Below the pieces are notes generated by a model. The model saw only the letters and a program-made list of their open reading frames with translations. It searched no databases and was not told the origin of the DNA. From the NCBI GenBank assembly GCA_046290465.1, contig JBKAGP010000001.1, positions 1,280,001-1,344,000 of the forward strand: a DNA stretch of 64,000 nucleotides, written 5' to 3'. The translations under genes were made by a program, and so were the position numbers. Every line of letters begins with the position of its first letter. The stretch's first letter is position 1. Source of the DNA: Planctomycetota bacterium. GTDB lineage: Bacteria > Planctomycetota > UBA1135 > UBA2386. Positions 15,610-27,054 of this stretch are shown piece after piece.

Positions 15610-16514
15610 GCCAGCCGCAGCCACGCGTCGTCGTCGACCCCACCACCGGCCGGCCGATCCTGCTGGCACCGCAGCGCCAGCAGCGCCCGATGCACACCGG
15701 CAGCAAGAAGGTCGCGGCGCGCTGCCCGTTCTGCCGCGGCAACGAGGACGACACGCCGCCCGAACGCGACGCGGTGCGCGGCGACGACGGCGGCTGGCTG
15801 GTGCGCGCGTTCGAGAACAAGTACCCCGCAACCGTGCACCACGAGGTGATCGCGGAGGGTGGCGACCATCGCGAGCACCCGTGCGAGCTCGACGTCGCGA
15901 CCTGGCGCGCGGCGCTCGAGCTGTGGCGCCGCCGCGTGCAGACGATGGAACAGGACCTCGGACTGGCGCACGCGTTCTTGTTCAAGAACGTCGGCGCGCG
16001 CGCCGGCGCCTCGATCGCGCACAACCACAGCCAGGTGATCGGACTCGAGCAGCTGCCACCGCGGCTGCAGCTCGAGCTGGCGCAGCAGCGCGAGGCCGCG
16101 ACCTGCGGCATCTGCGCGTCGCTGCGGACGGCGGCGAGTGAGGACCGCGCGGTGTTCGGCAACGACGGCTACCTGGTGTTCTCACCGGACCCGCCGAAGC
16201 TGCCGTTCGAGACGGTGCTGGCGCCGCGCGACTGCGGCAGCGACTTCTTCGCGGCGGACCTCGACGAACTGGCCGAAGCGATGCACGCCTGGTTCGAGGC
16301 GCTCGACCGCGGCCTCGACCGGCCCGCGTGCAACCTCTGGCTGCACCGGATCCGCAGCGAACGGCTGCGCGACGGCGAGCACTTCCACTGGCACTTCGAG
16401 CTGCAACCGCGCACCGGCCAGCTCGCCGGACTCGAACTCGGCGGCGACATGTACATCAATTCGGTACCGGCACAGCTCACCGCGCAGCGGTTGCGCGACG
16501 GCAGACGTCGGTGA
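15606..16514 (+). CDS. Galactose-1-phosphate uridylyltransferase-like (HIT superfamily) protein
   Basis: CPFCRGNEDDTPPE, FENKYP, HEVIAE, FKNVGARAGASIAHNHSQ, FHWHFELQPR, GLELGGDMYIN. Confidence 0.85.
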   Translation: MSQPQPRVVVDPTTGRPILLAPQRQQRPMHTGSKKVAARCPFCRGNEDDTPPERDAVRGDDGGWLVRAFENKYPATVHHEVIAEGGDHREHPCELDVATWRAALELWRRRVQTMEQDLGLAHAFLFKNVGARAGASIAHNHSQVIGLEQLPPRLQLELAQQREAATCGICASLRTAASEDRAVFGNDGYLVFSPDPPKLPFETVLAPRDCGSDFFAADLDELAEAMHAWFEALDRGLDRPACNLWLHRIRSERLRDGEHFHWHFELQPRTGQLAGLELGGDMYINSVPAQLTAQRLRDGRRR

Positions 16515-16611
16515 CGGCGCGTCGCTGCCAACCCGTTTCTGCTCCAGGCGGTTGCGCCGAGCGCCGCATGACGCGACAGTCCGCCCCGCACCTCAGCCCT
16601 CTCGTGAAGGA

Positions 16612-18258
16612 ATGACGAACCAACCCAAACAGCAGTGGGGCTCGCGCCTCGGGGTCATCCTCGCCGTGTCCGGCTCCGCAGTCGGCCTCGGCAACTTCTT
16701 GCGCTTCCCGGGCAACGCGGCCGAGAACGGCGGCGGCGCCTTCATGATCCCCTACTTCATCGCCCTGCTGCTGCTCGGGATCCCGATCGGCTGGGCGGAG
16801 TGGACCATGGGTCGCTACGGCGGCCGCAAGGGCTTCCACTCGGCGCCGGCGATCCTGGGCATCTGGGCCAAGGGGGCTCTGGGCCGCTACCTCGGCGTGT
16901 TCGGGGTGCTGATCCCGCTCGGGGTCTACTTCTGGTACGTGCTCGTCGAAACGTGGTGCCTCTACTACGTGCTGAAGTACTTCACAGGCGGCATCGGGCT
17001 CGATCCGGCGACGATGGACATCGACAAGCAGGTCGAGGTCACCCACAACTTCTTCTTCGAGGTCACCGGCTCCGCCGACAACGGCATCCTGTTCAGCCAG
17101 CCCGACGGCGGCGGGATCCACCCGATCGTGTGGACCTTCCTGCTGGTCGCGGCGATCAACATCTTCTTCATCTTCCGAGGGGTCTCGAAGGGCATCGAAG
17201 CCGTCTGCAAGGCGGCGATGCCGATCATGGCCGTGCTCGGCGTGATCATGCTGGTGCGCGTGCTCACGCTCGGCACGCCGGACCCGGACAAGCCCGAGCA
17301 GAGCGTGCTGCACGGCCTGGGCTACCTCTGGAACCCACAGCTCGACAAGCTGTGGAACTTCGAAACCTGGCTCGCGGCCTCCGGGCAGATCTTCTTCAGC
17401 CTGTCCGTCGGCTTCGGCGTGATCATCAACTACGCGTCCTACATGCGGAAGAAGGACGACGTGGTGCTCTCGGGCCTGACCGCATCGGCGACCAACGAGT
17501 TCTTCGAGGTCGGCCTCGGCGGCTTGATCACCGTGACCGCCTCGATCGTCTTCGTCGGCGTCGCCGTCACGCAGACCGGCACGGGCGGCACGATGAGCCT
17601 GGGCTTCATGACCCTGCCGATGGTGTTCGCGCAGATGCCGGGAGGCACCCTGTTCGGCGGCGCGTTCTTCCTGATCCTGTTCCTGGCCGCGATCACCAGT
17701 TCGCTCTCGATGCTGCAGCCGACCAAGGCGTTCATCGAGGAGACCCTCGGCTGCAACCGCATGAAGTCGACGATGATCGTCACCGCGTGGGGCCTGGTCG
17801 GAAACTTCTTCGTGCTCTACTTCAGCAAGGAGCTGGTCGCGCTGGACACGATCGACTTCTGGGTCGGCACGTTCTTCATCCTGATCGTCGCCGGCATCCA
17901 GATCTTCGCGTTCGGCTGGATCTTCGGGGTCGAGAAGGGCATCGAAGAGGCGCACAAGGGCGCCAACATGCGCATCCCGCGGATCTTCGTGTTCATCATG
18001 AAGTACGTCTCGCCGACGTTCCTGCTGGTGATCGTGATCGGCTTCTGCTTCGACAACCTGCCGGACAAGACGCTCGACGACGGCACCGTGCAGCCCGGCC
18101 GGATCTCGAAGATCCTCGACAACCCGGACGCCATCAAGACGTGGGGCCTGCTGCTGCTGACGATCGGCGGCATCGCCGCGCTGGTGGCGATCGGCACCAG
18201 GCGATGGCGATCCCTCGGGCTCGACATCGACGGCAACGAACCCGCAAACGACGACTAG
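16612..18258 (+). CDS. Sodium-dependent transporter, NSS/SNF family
   Basis: WGSRLG..GSAVGLGNFLRFP..NGGGAFMIPY, QIFFSLSVGFG, FLAAITSSLSM. Confidence 0.95.
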   Translation: MTNQPKQQWGSRLGVILAVSGSAVGLGNFLRFPGNAAENGGGAFMIPYFIALLLLGIPIGWAEWTMGRYGGRKGFHSAPAILGIWAKGALGRYLGVFGVLIPLGVYFWYVLVETWCLYYVLKYFTGGIGLDPATMDIDKQVEVTHNFFFEVTGSADNGILFSQPDGGGIHPIVWTFLLVAAINIFFIFRGVSKGIEAVCKAAMPIMAVLGVIMLVRVLTLGTPDPDKPEQSVLHGLGYLWNPQLDKLWNFETWLAASGQIFFSLSVGFGVIINYASYMRKKDDVVLSGLTASATNEFFEVGLGGLITVTASIVFVGVAVTQTGTGGTMSLGFMTLPMVFAQMPGGTLFGGAFFLILFLAAITSSLSMLQPTKAFIEETLGCNRMKSTMIVTAWGLVGNFFVLYFSKELVALDTIDFWVGTFFILIVAGIQIFAFGWIFGVEKGIEEAHKGANMRIPRIFVFIMKYVSPTFLLVIVIGFCFDNLPDKTLDDGTVQPGRISKILDNPDAIKTWGLLLLTIGGIAALVAIGTRRWRSLGLDIDGNEPANDD

Positions 18259-18270
18259 GAGATAGCCATC

Positions 18271-18420
18271 ATGCTCTGCGAAACCCTCACCACCGTCGGC
18301 TGGGTATTCATGCTCGGCTCGATCGGCGCCGTCGGCACGCTCGTCGTCTACTGCTACAAGCGCATCCTGACGCAGCCGGAGAACGACGAGCCGGACCTGC
18401 CCGGCGGCCTCGGTCCGTAG
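18271..18420 (+). CDS. 49-aa single-TM protein, putative small subunit of the NSS transporter
   Basis: AGGAG at 18257-18261 precedes ATG 18271. Translation: MLCETLTTVGWVFMLGSIGAVGTLVVYCYKRILTQPENDEPDLPGGLGP*. Confidence 0.75.
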   Translation: MLCETLTTVGWVFMLGSIGAVGTLVVYCYKRILTQPENDEPDLPGGLGP

Positions 18421-18504
18421 TCGGCCCGACGCCAGCACGGACGTCGCGGCAACTCGTGCTGGAGGGGTGCCGTCGCGTCGGCGACGGCGCCCTGCGTTCG
18501 CCGG

Positions 18505-18909
18505 CTACTTCTCGGTGGCCTTGCCGGACTTGACCCAGCCTTTGTAGCCCTCGCGCAGGTGCTGCACGTTCTCGAACCCGAGCTCCTGGAACGTCGGCAG
18601 CGCACGGCTGCTTCGGCCACCGGAGCCTCAGTGCATGACGTAGGTCTTGCTGGGATCGAGCGTCTTCAGCTGCTCGACGAAGTCGGCCGCCTTGCAGTCC
18701 ATCAGCACCGCTCCCGGCAGGTGCCCCGCCTCGAACTCGGCCGGCGTGCGGATGTCCAGCACGACCACGTCGGGGTCGGAGGCCATCAGCGCCGCGGCAT
18801 CCGCGACCGAGATGTCGGGGTAGGCAGGCTCGGCGCTCTCGGCGCGCTCGGGATGGGACTTGCAGGCGGCGAGCGCGAGCAGGGAGGCGATCACGATGGT
18901 GGTTCGCAT
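18505..18909 (-). CDS. Rhodanese-domain lipoprotein with selenocysteine (TGA 18628-18630) at the catalytic position
   Basis: Lipobox LAAC and rhodanese motif VLDIRTPAEFEAGHLPGA. Reading through TGA gives YVMH-U-GSGGRSSRALPTFQELGFENVQHLREGYKGWVKSGKATEK* (TAG 18505-18507), which completes the domain. Confidence 0.9.
18597..18611 (-). promoter_or_regulatory. Candidate SECIS hairpin of the rhodanese gene
   Basis: mRNA GCAGC-CGUGC-GCUGC at +17..+31 after UGA, with G near the start of the loop. An alternative hairpin (GGCU..CGG-UGG-CCG..AGCC) is also possible. Confidence 0.45.
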
Positions 18910-18966
18910 GGCGCGCCCAGCGTAGCCGAGTTGCCGGCCGCATCGCCAAGAGCCCCACCGCGATCG

Positions 18967-19488
18967 CTACCGCGCCGCTTCGAGTTCGCGGCGGACTGCG
19001 CGCGACGACGAGATCGCGAGCCAGATCGACTGCACCAGCACCAGCCCGACCATCCCGAACAGACCGAACGGCGGCATCGTCTGCCAGTCCCCGTGGGCCA
19101 TCCGTTCCATCGCGAACAGGATCCAGCCGAACATCGCGACCAGCGTCAGCGCCAGCCACTGCACACCACGGGTGATCGAAGCGACGGCGCGCACGCGGGC
19201 CGGCTCGGGCAGTTCGCGGAAGCGCTCGCGCTGCGGCACGTTGAGCAACGACGAGTTGCGGCGGGCGAGGCCGACGACCCACGGCGGCAGCACCAGCCCG
19301 GTGAATCCGCCGAGCAGCGTCGCGAGCGTCGGCAGCAGGAACCACGAGCCGAAGCCCGGCTCGCGCCACGCGTCGGCGTTGCCCTGCAGGTCGAAGTGCG
19401 TCGGGATGCGCTCGGGCAGGTCGGGCCACGCGACCAGCGCGTAGGTCCAGAGCCCGACGAGCGCGGCGACGACGAACGCGCGGATCAT
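18967..19488 (-). CDS. DUF1648-like membrane protein
   Basis: WPDLPERIPTHFDLQGNADAW motif plus about four hydrophobic helices. Confidence 0.8.
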   Translation of the reverse strand: MIRAFVVAALVGLWTYALVAWPDLPERIPTHFDLQGNADAWREPGFGSWFLLPTLATLLGGFTGLVLPPWVVGLARRNSSLLNVPQRERFRELPEPARVRAVASITRGVQWLALTLVAMFGWILFAMERMAHGDWQTMPPFGLFGMVGLVLVQSIWLAISSSRAVRRELEAAR

Positions 19489-19811
19489 GCGTCGGATGGT
19501 ACGATCGTGACGCCGGTTCCGTACGCGAGCAGTTCGCTCATGTTCTGCGCGATGGCGCTGGTGGTGTAGCGCACGCCGACGATCGCGTTGGCGCCCTGCT
19601 GCTCGGCGGCGCGCTTCATGCGGTTGCGCGCCTCGCTGCGCGCCTCCTGCAGCATCTCGCTGTAGCCGCGGATCTCGCCGCCGACCAGCGACTTGAGGCC
19701 AGCCGCGATGTCGCGGCCGAGGTGCTTGGACTGCACCACGCAGCCCTCGGCGAGGCCGTGCACGGCGACGATGCGAAAGCCGGGGATCTCCTGGGTCGTG
19801 CTGAGTCTCAT
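19485..19811 (-). CDS. YbjQ/UPF0145-family protein
   Basis: GRDIAAGLKSLVGGEIRGYSEML..AR, GANAIVGVRY, LLAYGTGV. Confidence 0.92.
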   Translation of the reverse strand: MRLSTTQEIPGFRIVAVHGLAEGCVVQSKHLGRDIAAGLKSLVGGEIRGYSEMLQEARSEARNRMKRAAEQQGANAIVGVRYTTSAIAQNMSELLAYGTGVTIVPSDA

Positions 19812-19857
19812 GCCCAGCACGTTCGGCGCAAGGGCCGCGATATCCGCGGATGCGCCG

Positions 19858-21258
<1,401 letters not shown>

Positions 21259-21336
21259 GGTTCTTCGCGCAGAAGCAGACAGCGCGCCCGCGGCGGATCA
21301 AGCCAAGAAGTAGCGGGCGACCCAGGCTGGAAACGG

Positions 21337-21420
21337 CCCAGCTTGGAAGGAGCAGCTCGGCACGACCAGCTCGGAACGGCCAGTTCGGAACGGCCAGTTC
21401 GGAACGACCAGCCCCGAACC
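21337..21420. repeat. Tandem repeat, about six 14-bp units (consensus RCCAGYTCGGAACG)
   Basis: Units start at 21337, 21351, 21365, 21379, 21393 and 21407. Two are identical (GCCAGTTCGGAACG). Confidence 0.85.
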
Positions 21421-21427
21421 TACCGCC

Positions 21428-21907
21428 TCAGACCCCGACGTCGAGCGGCGGCACCGTCGGACCGCCGGCGTGCACCATGCGCTCCATCCGGATCCGGCTG
21501 CCCTGCACGCCCTGGCTCTCGAACCCGACCTCGCCGAAGAAGCCGAGCGCCGGTTCGTTGTTGAGGTCGATGTAGGCGACCAGGCGGCGCATGCCGACGG
21601 CCCGCGCGCGCACCAGCGCCTGCGCGAACATCTGCCGACCGAGGCCGCCGCGGCGGTGCTCGGGCGCGACGACCAGGGTGATGTCCGCTACGCCATCGGG
21701 CCCACAGTCGAGCCGGACCAGGCCGAGCTTCTCGCCGTTGGCCTGGGCCACCAGCGCGACGATGCGCTGGTCGCGCACCAGCCGCTCGGGCCAGGCCGAG
21801 GTGCCGCGCGGGACCTGCAGGCCGGGGCCGCAGAGCCACGGGGCGACCGCCTCGGCATCGGCGAGCTCGAACGGGCGCAGTTGCAGGGGGTCCGAGGAGT
21901 GGGGCAT
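21428..21907 (-). CDS. GNAT-family acetyltransferase
   Basis: VVAPEHRRGGLGRQM (motif A) and NEPALGFFGEVGF. Confidence 0.85.
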   Translation of the reverse strand: MPHSSDPLQLRPFELADAEAVAPWLCGPGLQVPRGTSAWPERLVRDQRIVALVAQANGEKLGLVRLDCGPDGVADITLVVAPEHRRGGLGRQMFAQALVRARAVGMRRLVAYIDLNNEPALGFFGEVGFESQGVQGSRIRMERMVHAGGPTVPPLDVGV

Positions 21908-21987
21908 GGGCGAGTCGACGCAATCTAGCCCCGCGGACCGGCGGGTAACCACCCGAACCGCCGCGACTTTGGCGAAGAATGCTTCGC

Positions 21988-22017
21988 TTGACCCAAGCCC
22001 GGCCGCGCGGCTAGCAT
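21988..22017 (+). promoter_or_regulatory. Putative sigma70-type promoter of the nusA-infB operon
   Basis: TTGACC-N18-TAGCAT, about 240 bp upstream of nusA. Confidence 0.4.
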
Positions 22018-22256
22018 GTCCGGCTCACTGGGCCTGCTCTCGGGCAGCCCCGGACCTGATGACGACCCCGGCAATCCCGGACAGTCGACAGGGTCTCCTT
22101 CCTTACTGGCCGCATGCCACCCTGGCCGCATGCCACTCAGGAACCCCGGACCAGAAGGCCGGGGAGCGGGGATTCTATCGCCTGCCCGGGCTTGGCGTTT
22201 CTCTGAACCGTTCTTCCGACCTTCCCAAGCACGCCTATCTCCCCCGGCATCACGGA

Positions 22257-23519
22257 ATGGCCAACCACGCAGAAATCCTCCGCTACATCGACTCCATCGC
22301 CCGCGACAAGGAGATCGACAAGGAAGCGCTGATTACCGGCATCGAGCAGGCGATGTCGCACGCGCTGGCGAAGAAGTATGGCGTGGACGATGTCGAGATC
22401 ATGCTCGACCGGGAGACCGGTGAGTTCGTGTGCAACTACGAGGTCTCGATGGAGGAGCAGGGCCGCATCTTCGCGATGTCGGTCAAGCAGGCGATCATCT
22501 CGCGCGTCCGCGAAGCCGAGCGCGACGTCATCTACGCCGAATACGAAGCCAAGCTCGGGGAGATCGTCAGCGGCAACATCCAGCGCTTCGAGGGTGACAC
22601 CGTCATCGTCAACCTCGGCCGCAACCTCGAGGGCATCCTGCCGCGCTCGGAGAAGGTGCGCAGCGAGAACTACAACGTCGGCGAACGCATCCGCGCCCTC
22701 GTCTACGAGGTCAAGAAGGTCGGTCCGCGCGTCAAGGTCATCCTCAGCCGCACCCACCGCGACCTGGTCCGGGCCCTGTTCGAACTCGAGGTGCCCGAGA
22801 TCGCCGACGGCACGATCATGATCCGCCGCATCGAGCGCGAGCCGGGCTACCGCACCAAGCTGGCGGTCGACTCGGGCGACGACAAGGTCGACTGCGTCGG
22901 CGCGTGCGTCGGCGTGCGCGGCAACCGCATCAAGTCGATCATCGACGAACTCAACGGCGAGCGCATCGACATCATCCGCTGGAACAACGAGGCGATGACG
23001 CTGATCGCCAACGCGCTCAAGCCGGCCGAGGTCGGCGACATCACCCTCGACCCGGACGTCAAGAAGGCGCTGGTCATCGTCGGTGAGGACCAGCAGTCGC
23101 TGGCGATCGGCCGCAAGGGCCAGAACGTCCGCCTGGCGAGCAAGCTCACCGGCTGGGACATCGACATCATGACGCGCGCCGAACTCGAGCAGTCGGTCGC
23201 CGAGGAGGACGCGGTCGTCGAGGAGTCGGCGACCGACGGAGCCGCCGCGGGCGTGGTCGACGCCGGCGCCGCCGAGGAGCCGGTCGACGTCGACGTTCCG
23301 CAGGCCGACGATTCGCAGGCCGACGATCCGCAGGCCGACGCACCGCAGGCCGATGCGGCCCCCGCGGAAGGGACCGAGGCGAGCCAACCACAAGCGGACG
23401 TGCCCGAGAGCGGCGCGGCCGACCAACCCGCGCCGGAGGCAGCCCCGGAGGCTGTCGCCGAACCCGAAGGCACCGACCCAGAACGCCCGGAGGGCGGCGC
23501 CGCGGGTGGGCAGTCGTAA
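22257..23519 (+). CDS. nusA: Transcription termination/antitermination factor NusA with an acidic low-complexity tail
   Basis: S1 and KH domains: LFELEVPEIADG, REPGYRTK, GACVGVRGNRI, AIGRKGQNVRLASKLTGWDIDI. Confidence 0.96.
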   Translation: MANHAEILRYIDSIARDKEIDKEALITGIEQAMSHALAKKYGVDDVEIMLDRETGEFVCNYEVSMEEQGRIFAMSVKQAIISRVREAERDVIYAEYEAKLGEIVSGNIQRFEGDTVIVNLGRNLEGILPRSEKVRSENYNVGERIRALVYEVKKVGPRVKVILSRTHRDLVRALFELEVPEIADGTIMIRRIEREPGYRTKLAVDSGDDKVDCVGACVGVRGNRIKSIIDELNGERIDIIRWNNEAMTLIANALKPAEVGDITLDPDVKKALVIVGEDQQSLAIGRKGQNVRLASKLTGWDIDIMTRAELEQSVAEEDAVVEESATDGAAAGVVDAGAAEEPVDVDVPQADDSQADDPQADAPQADAAPAEGTEASQPQADVPESGAADQPAPEAAPEAVAEPEGTDPERPEGGAAGGQS

Positions 23520-23619
23520 CCGACGACCCACCGAACCTTCATTCACCTTCGAGCACGCAAGAGCATAGAACCACACAGGCAAGGCCGTCGGACGGCGGTC
23601 CTGACCTAGGAGCAAACGT

Positions 23620-26600
23620 TTGAAAAAAGTACGAGTCTTCGAACTGGCCAGGGAATTCGGGATGAAGGGACCCGAACTGGCGAAGCTCTTGCGCGAGATC
23701 GGCTTCGAGAAGGTCAAGACGCACATGACCGCGCTCGATGACGCCGACCTGATGATGGTCGAAGCGCGTCTCTCGGCGCAGGGCCTGCGGCGCAAGCCCG
23801 CCGACGACGGCGATGACGGCGCCGGCCAGCCCAAGAAGCGTTCCCTCAGCGCAGTCGCCGAACAGGTCGACGAGGTGCCGGCCAAGAAGGAGCTGCCGAC
23901 CAAGAAGGCGCTGCCGAAGAAGCTGCCGAAGAAGGGCGAGCTGAAGAAGAAGGAGCTGCCGACCAAGGCCCCCATCGAGGCAGCGGCCGAGGCTCCTGCA
24001 GAAGCTCCCGCGGCGACCCCGATCGAGGAGGCGGCGACCGCTCCGGAACCGACGGCGGCCGAAGCCTCGGCGTCGACCGACGACGGCAGCGGCGCTGCGC
24101 TCGAGGCCGAGCCGACGCCCACGAAGCCGACGAAGCCGGCACCGCGTCAGGCGACGCCGAAGCCGGAACCGAAGGCCGAGCCGGCACTCGAGGCCGAGAA
24201 GGCGCCCGCGCCGCAGGCCGAGGCCCCCGCTCCGGCTTCCGAAGCGCCGGCATCCGAAGCACCCGCATCCGAAGCTCCGGCCGCGCCGGCCCCGGCCGAG
24301 CAGCCGCCGGCGAAGGAGCCCGCTGCCGAGAAGCCGGCCGACGCGGCTGCGTCGACCGACACTCCGGCCGCGGCAACTCCCGCTGCCGATGCACCGGCAG
24401 CGGACTCCCCCGCTGCTGGCACCCCGGCCGCTGGCACCCCGGCTGCTGGCACTCCCGCGGCCGAACAACCTGCCGACAGCACCCCTGCCGAGAAGGCAAC
24501 GCCTGCCGGCAAGCCGGAGCAGAAGGCTGCCAGTGGCGATGCCGCGGCGAAGGCCACGCCAGATGCCACGCCGGCCACCCCGGACGCCGCCCCTGCCGAG
24601 TCGGGCAAGGGGGACGCCAAGGAGCCGGTGCGCAAGCTGCTGGTGCCGCAGAAGAAGGCGACCGTCGTCGGCCGCATCGAACTGCCGCAGGAAACGATCC
24701 GCGACGCGACCCGCCGTTCGGCGCCGGCCGCGCCGCGCGACCTGCGTCGCGCCGCGCTGCAGAAGATGCAGCAGCGGGGCAGCATGCGCCAGATGGGCCC
24801 CGGCCACCGCCGCGGTCCCGGTGGCCGTGGTGGCCGCGACGGACGCGGTCACGGTGGCGGCAAGGGCAAGTCGCGCATCGTCACGCCCATCGATCCGAAC
24901 AAGCTCGTCGAGGTGCAGGAGCCGGTGTCCGTCAAGGGACTCTCGGCCGCGCTCGGCGTGCCGGTTCCGCAGCTGCTGTTCACGTTCATGACCAAGCTCA
25001 AGGTCATGGGCAAGAACATCAACTCGATGCTGTCGAACGACGAGGTCGAGCTGGTCGCGCTCGAGCTCAACCGCAACATCAAGGTCGTCGAACACAAGGA
25101 GGCGATGGACGAGCTGATCGAACAGCTCGTGCAGAAGAGCGAGGTCGAGGAGACCACGCAGCGCGCTCCGGTCGTCACCTTCATGGGCCACGTCGACCAC
25201 GGCAAGACGTCGCTGATGGACGCGCTGCGTGAGAGCGACATCGCCGGCCACGAAGCCGGCGGCATCACCCAGCACATCGGCGCCTACAAGGTCACCCACG
25301 ACGACGGCCAGGCCATCGTCGTGCTCGACACGCCCGGCCACGCGGCGTTCACCGCGATGCGTTCGCGCGGCGCCGAGCTGACCGACGTGGTCGTGCTGGT
25401 CGTCGCCGCCGACGACGGCGTCATGCCGCAGACCGAGGAGGCGATCAGCCACGCCAAGGCCGCCGAGTGCCCGATCGTCGTCGCGATCACCAAATGCGAC
25501 CTGCCCGGGGCCAACCCGATGCAGGTCAAGCAGCAGCTGATGATCAAGGGCCTGCAGTCCGAAGACTTCGGCGGTGAGATCGGCATGGTCGAGTGCTCGT
25601 CCAAGACCGGACAGGGCCTCGACGACCTCGTCGAGCGCATCCACCTCGAGGCCGAGCTGCTCGACCTCGAAGCGCGCCCTGACGCGGCCGGCAGCGGCAT
25701 CGTCGTCGAAGCCAAGCAGTCGGCGGCACAGGGTGTCGTCGTCACGCTGCTGGTCACCGACGGCACGCTGCGCCTCAAGGACCAGGTCGTCTGTGGCGAG
25801 TCGTTCGCCCGCGTGCGCGCGATGATCGACGACCATGGCACCAACCTCGAAGAGGCCGGCCCGTCGACGCCGGTGACGCTGTTCGGTCTCGACCGACTGC
25901 CGAGCCCGGGCGACAAGCTGTTCGCGGTCGAAAACGCCAAGAAGGCCAAGGAAGTCGTCGAAGAGCGCCAGCGCCGCGAGCGCGAGATGTCGCGTGCCGA
26001 GCGTTCGGCGGTCACCCTCGAGACCCTCTCGGCGAAGCTCGCCGAGAAGGACATGAAGGAGATCAAGATCATCCTGAAGGCCGACGCGATGGGCTCCCTC
26101 GAGCCGCTGCGGAAGTCGCTGGACGATCTGGCGACCAGCGAGGTCCGCGTCAACCTGGTGCACTCCGGCCTCGGCGGCATCAACAAGGCGGACGTCGACC
26201 TGGCCGCGACCTCCGAGTCGGTCATCGTCGGCTTCAACACGGTCGCCGACGCCAACGTGCGTCAGCTGGCCGACGAAGAGGGCGTCGACATCCGCTACTA
26301 CACGGTGATCTACGAGCTGATCGACCAGGTCAAGGACGCCATGGAAGGCGTGCTCGCCCCGGAAGAGGTGCAGAAGGTCATCGGCCACGCCGAGGTCCGC
26401 GCGATCTTCAAGTCGTCGAAGTTCGGCACGATCGCCGGCTGTCTGGTGCGCGACGGCGTCGCCAAGCGCGGCTGCATCACGCGCCTCGCCCGCGACGGCA
26501 AGGTCGTCTACAACGGCAAGCTCGCCAGCCTTCGTCGCATCGACGAGGACGCCAAGGAGGTCAAGGCAGGGTTCGAGTGCGGCATGACGCTCGAGAACTA

Positions 26601-26676
26601 CCAGGACGTCAAGGAAGGCGACACGATGGAGTTCGTCGAGATCGAGCTGATCAAGCGCAAGCTCGGCGACACGTAG
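23620..26676 (+). CDS. infB: Translation initiation factor IF-2
   Basis: TTG start with AGGAG upstream. [11 protein letters not shown]-terminus, a Pro/Ala-rich linker, [29 protein letters not shown]. Confidence 0.97.
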   Translation: MKKVRVFELAREFGMKGPELAKLLREIGFEKVKTHMTALDDADLMMVEARLSAQGLRRKPADDGDDGAGQPKKRSLSAVAEQVDEVPAKKELPTKKALPKKLPKKGELKKKELPTKAPIEAAAEAPAEAPAATPIEEAATAPEPTAAEASASTDDGSGAALEAEPTPTKPTKPAPRQATPKPEPKAEPALEAEKAPAPQAEAPAPASEAPASEAPASEAPAAPAPAEQPPAKEPAAEKPADAAASTDTPAAATPAADAPAADSPAAGTPAAGTPAAGTPAAEQPADSTPAEKATPAGKPEQKAASGDAAAKATPDATPATPDAAPAESGKGDAKEPVRKLLVPQKKATVVGRIELPQETIRDATRRSAPAAPRDLRRAALQKMQQRGSMRQMGPGHRRGPGGRGGRDGRGHGGGKGKSRIVTPIDPNKLVEVQEPVSVKGLSAALGVPVPQLLFTFMTKLKVMGKNINSMLSNDEVELVALELNRNIKVVEHKEAMDELIEQLVQKSEVEETTQRAPVVTFMGHVDHGKTSLMDALRESDIAGHEAGGITQHIGAYKVTHDDGQAIVVLDTPGHAAFTAMRSRGAELTDVVVLVVAADDGVMPQTEEAISHAKAAECPIVVAITKCDLPGANPMQVKQQLMIKGLQSEDFGGEIGMVECSSKTGQGLDDLVERIHLEAELLDLEARPDAAGSGIVVEAKQSAAQGVVVTLLVTDGTLRLKDQVVCGESFARVRAMIDDHGTNLEEAGPSTPVTLFGLDRLPSPGDKLFAVENAKKAKEVVEERQRREREMSRAERSAVTLETLSAKLAEKDMKEIKIILKADAMGSLEPLRKSLDDLATSEVRVNLVHSGLGGINKADVDLAATSESVIVGFNTVADANVRQLADEEGVDIRYYTVIYELIDQVKDAMEGVLAPEEVQKVIGHAEVRAIFKSSKFGTIAGCLVRDGVAKRGCITRLARDGKVVYNGKLASLRRIDEDAKEVKAGFECGMTLENYQDVKEGDTMEFVEIELIKRKLGDT

Positions 26677-26757
26677 TCCAGCTCTACCGACTCCACCGTC
26701 CGGGCCTTCGCGCTCGGACGGGCGGCCGGCGCTGGCCCCGCACAGGATGCACCCGCG

Positions 26758-27054
26758 ATGCTCTACATCGGAGTCCTGCAGTTCACCTTGGAGCTCCCCT
26801 ACGCGGAGTCGCTCAAGGAGAAGCGCGGCGTCCTGAAGGCGCTGCGCGACCGCCTGCGGCGCTCGTTCAACGTCTCGATCTCCGAGTTCGAGGACCTCGA
26901 CGAGCCCACCATCGCCACGCTCGGCGCCGTCGTCGCCGGCAGCGACACCAAGCACGTCAACAGCACGATGGACCACCTGATCAACGAGCTGGACGAGTGG
27001 CGTGACGGCACGCTCACCGACCACCAGCTCGAGATCATCACGCCCAACTCATGA
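26758..27054 (+). CDS. DUF503 (YlxP-like) protein
   Basis: SLKEKRGVL..LRRSFNVSISE, in its usual position between infB and rbfA. Confidence 0.9.
   Translation: MLYIGVLQFTLELPYAESLKEKRGVLKALRDRLRRSFNVSISEFEDLDEPTIATLGAVVAGSDTKHVNSTMDHLINELDEWRDGTLTDHQLEIITPNS

Noticed and set aside
21591..22256. N-terminal extension of NusA or a rimP gene upstream
   Set aside because: The extension overlaps the GNAT gene and the putative promoter and has no RimP motifs. NusA homology starts at ATG 22257.
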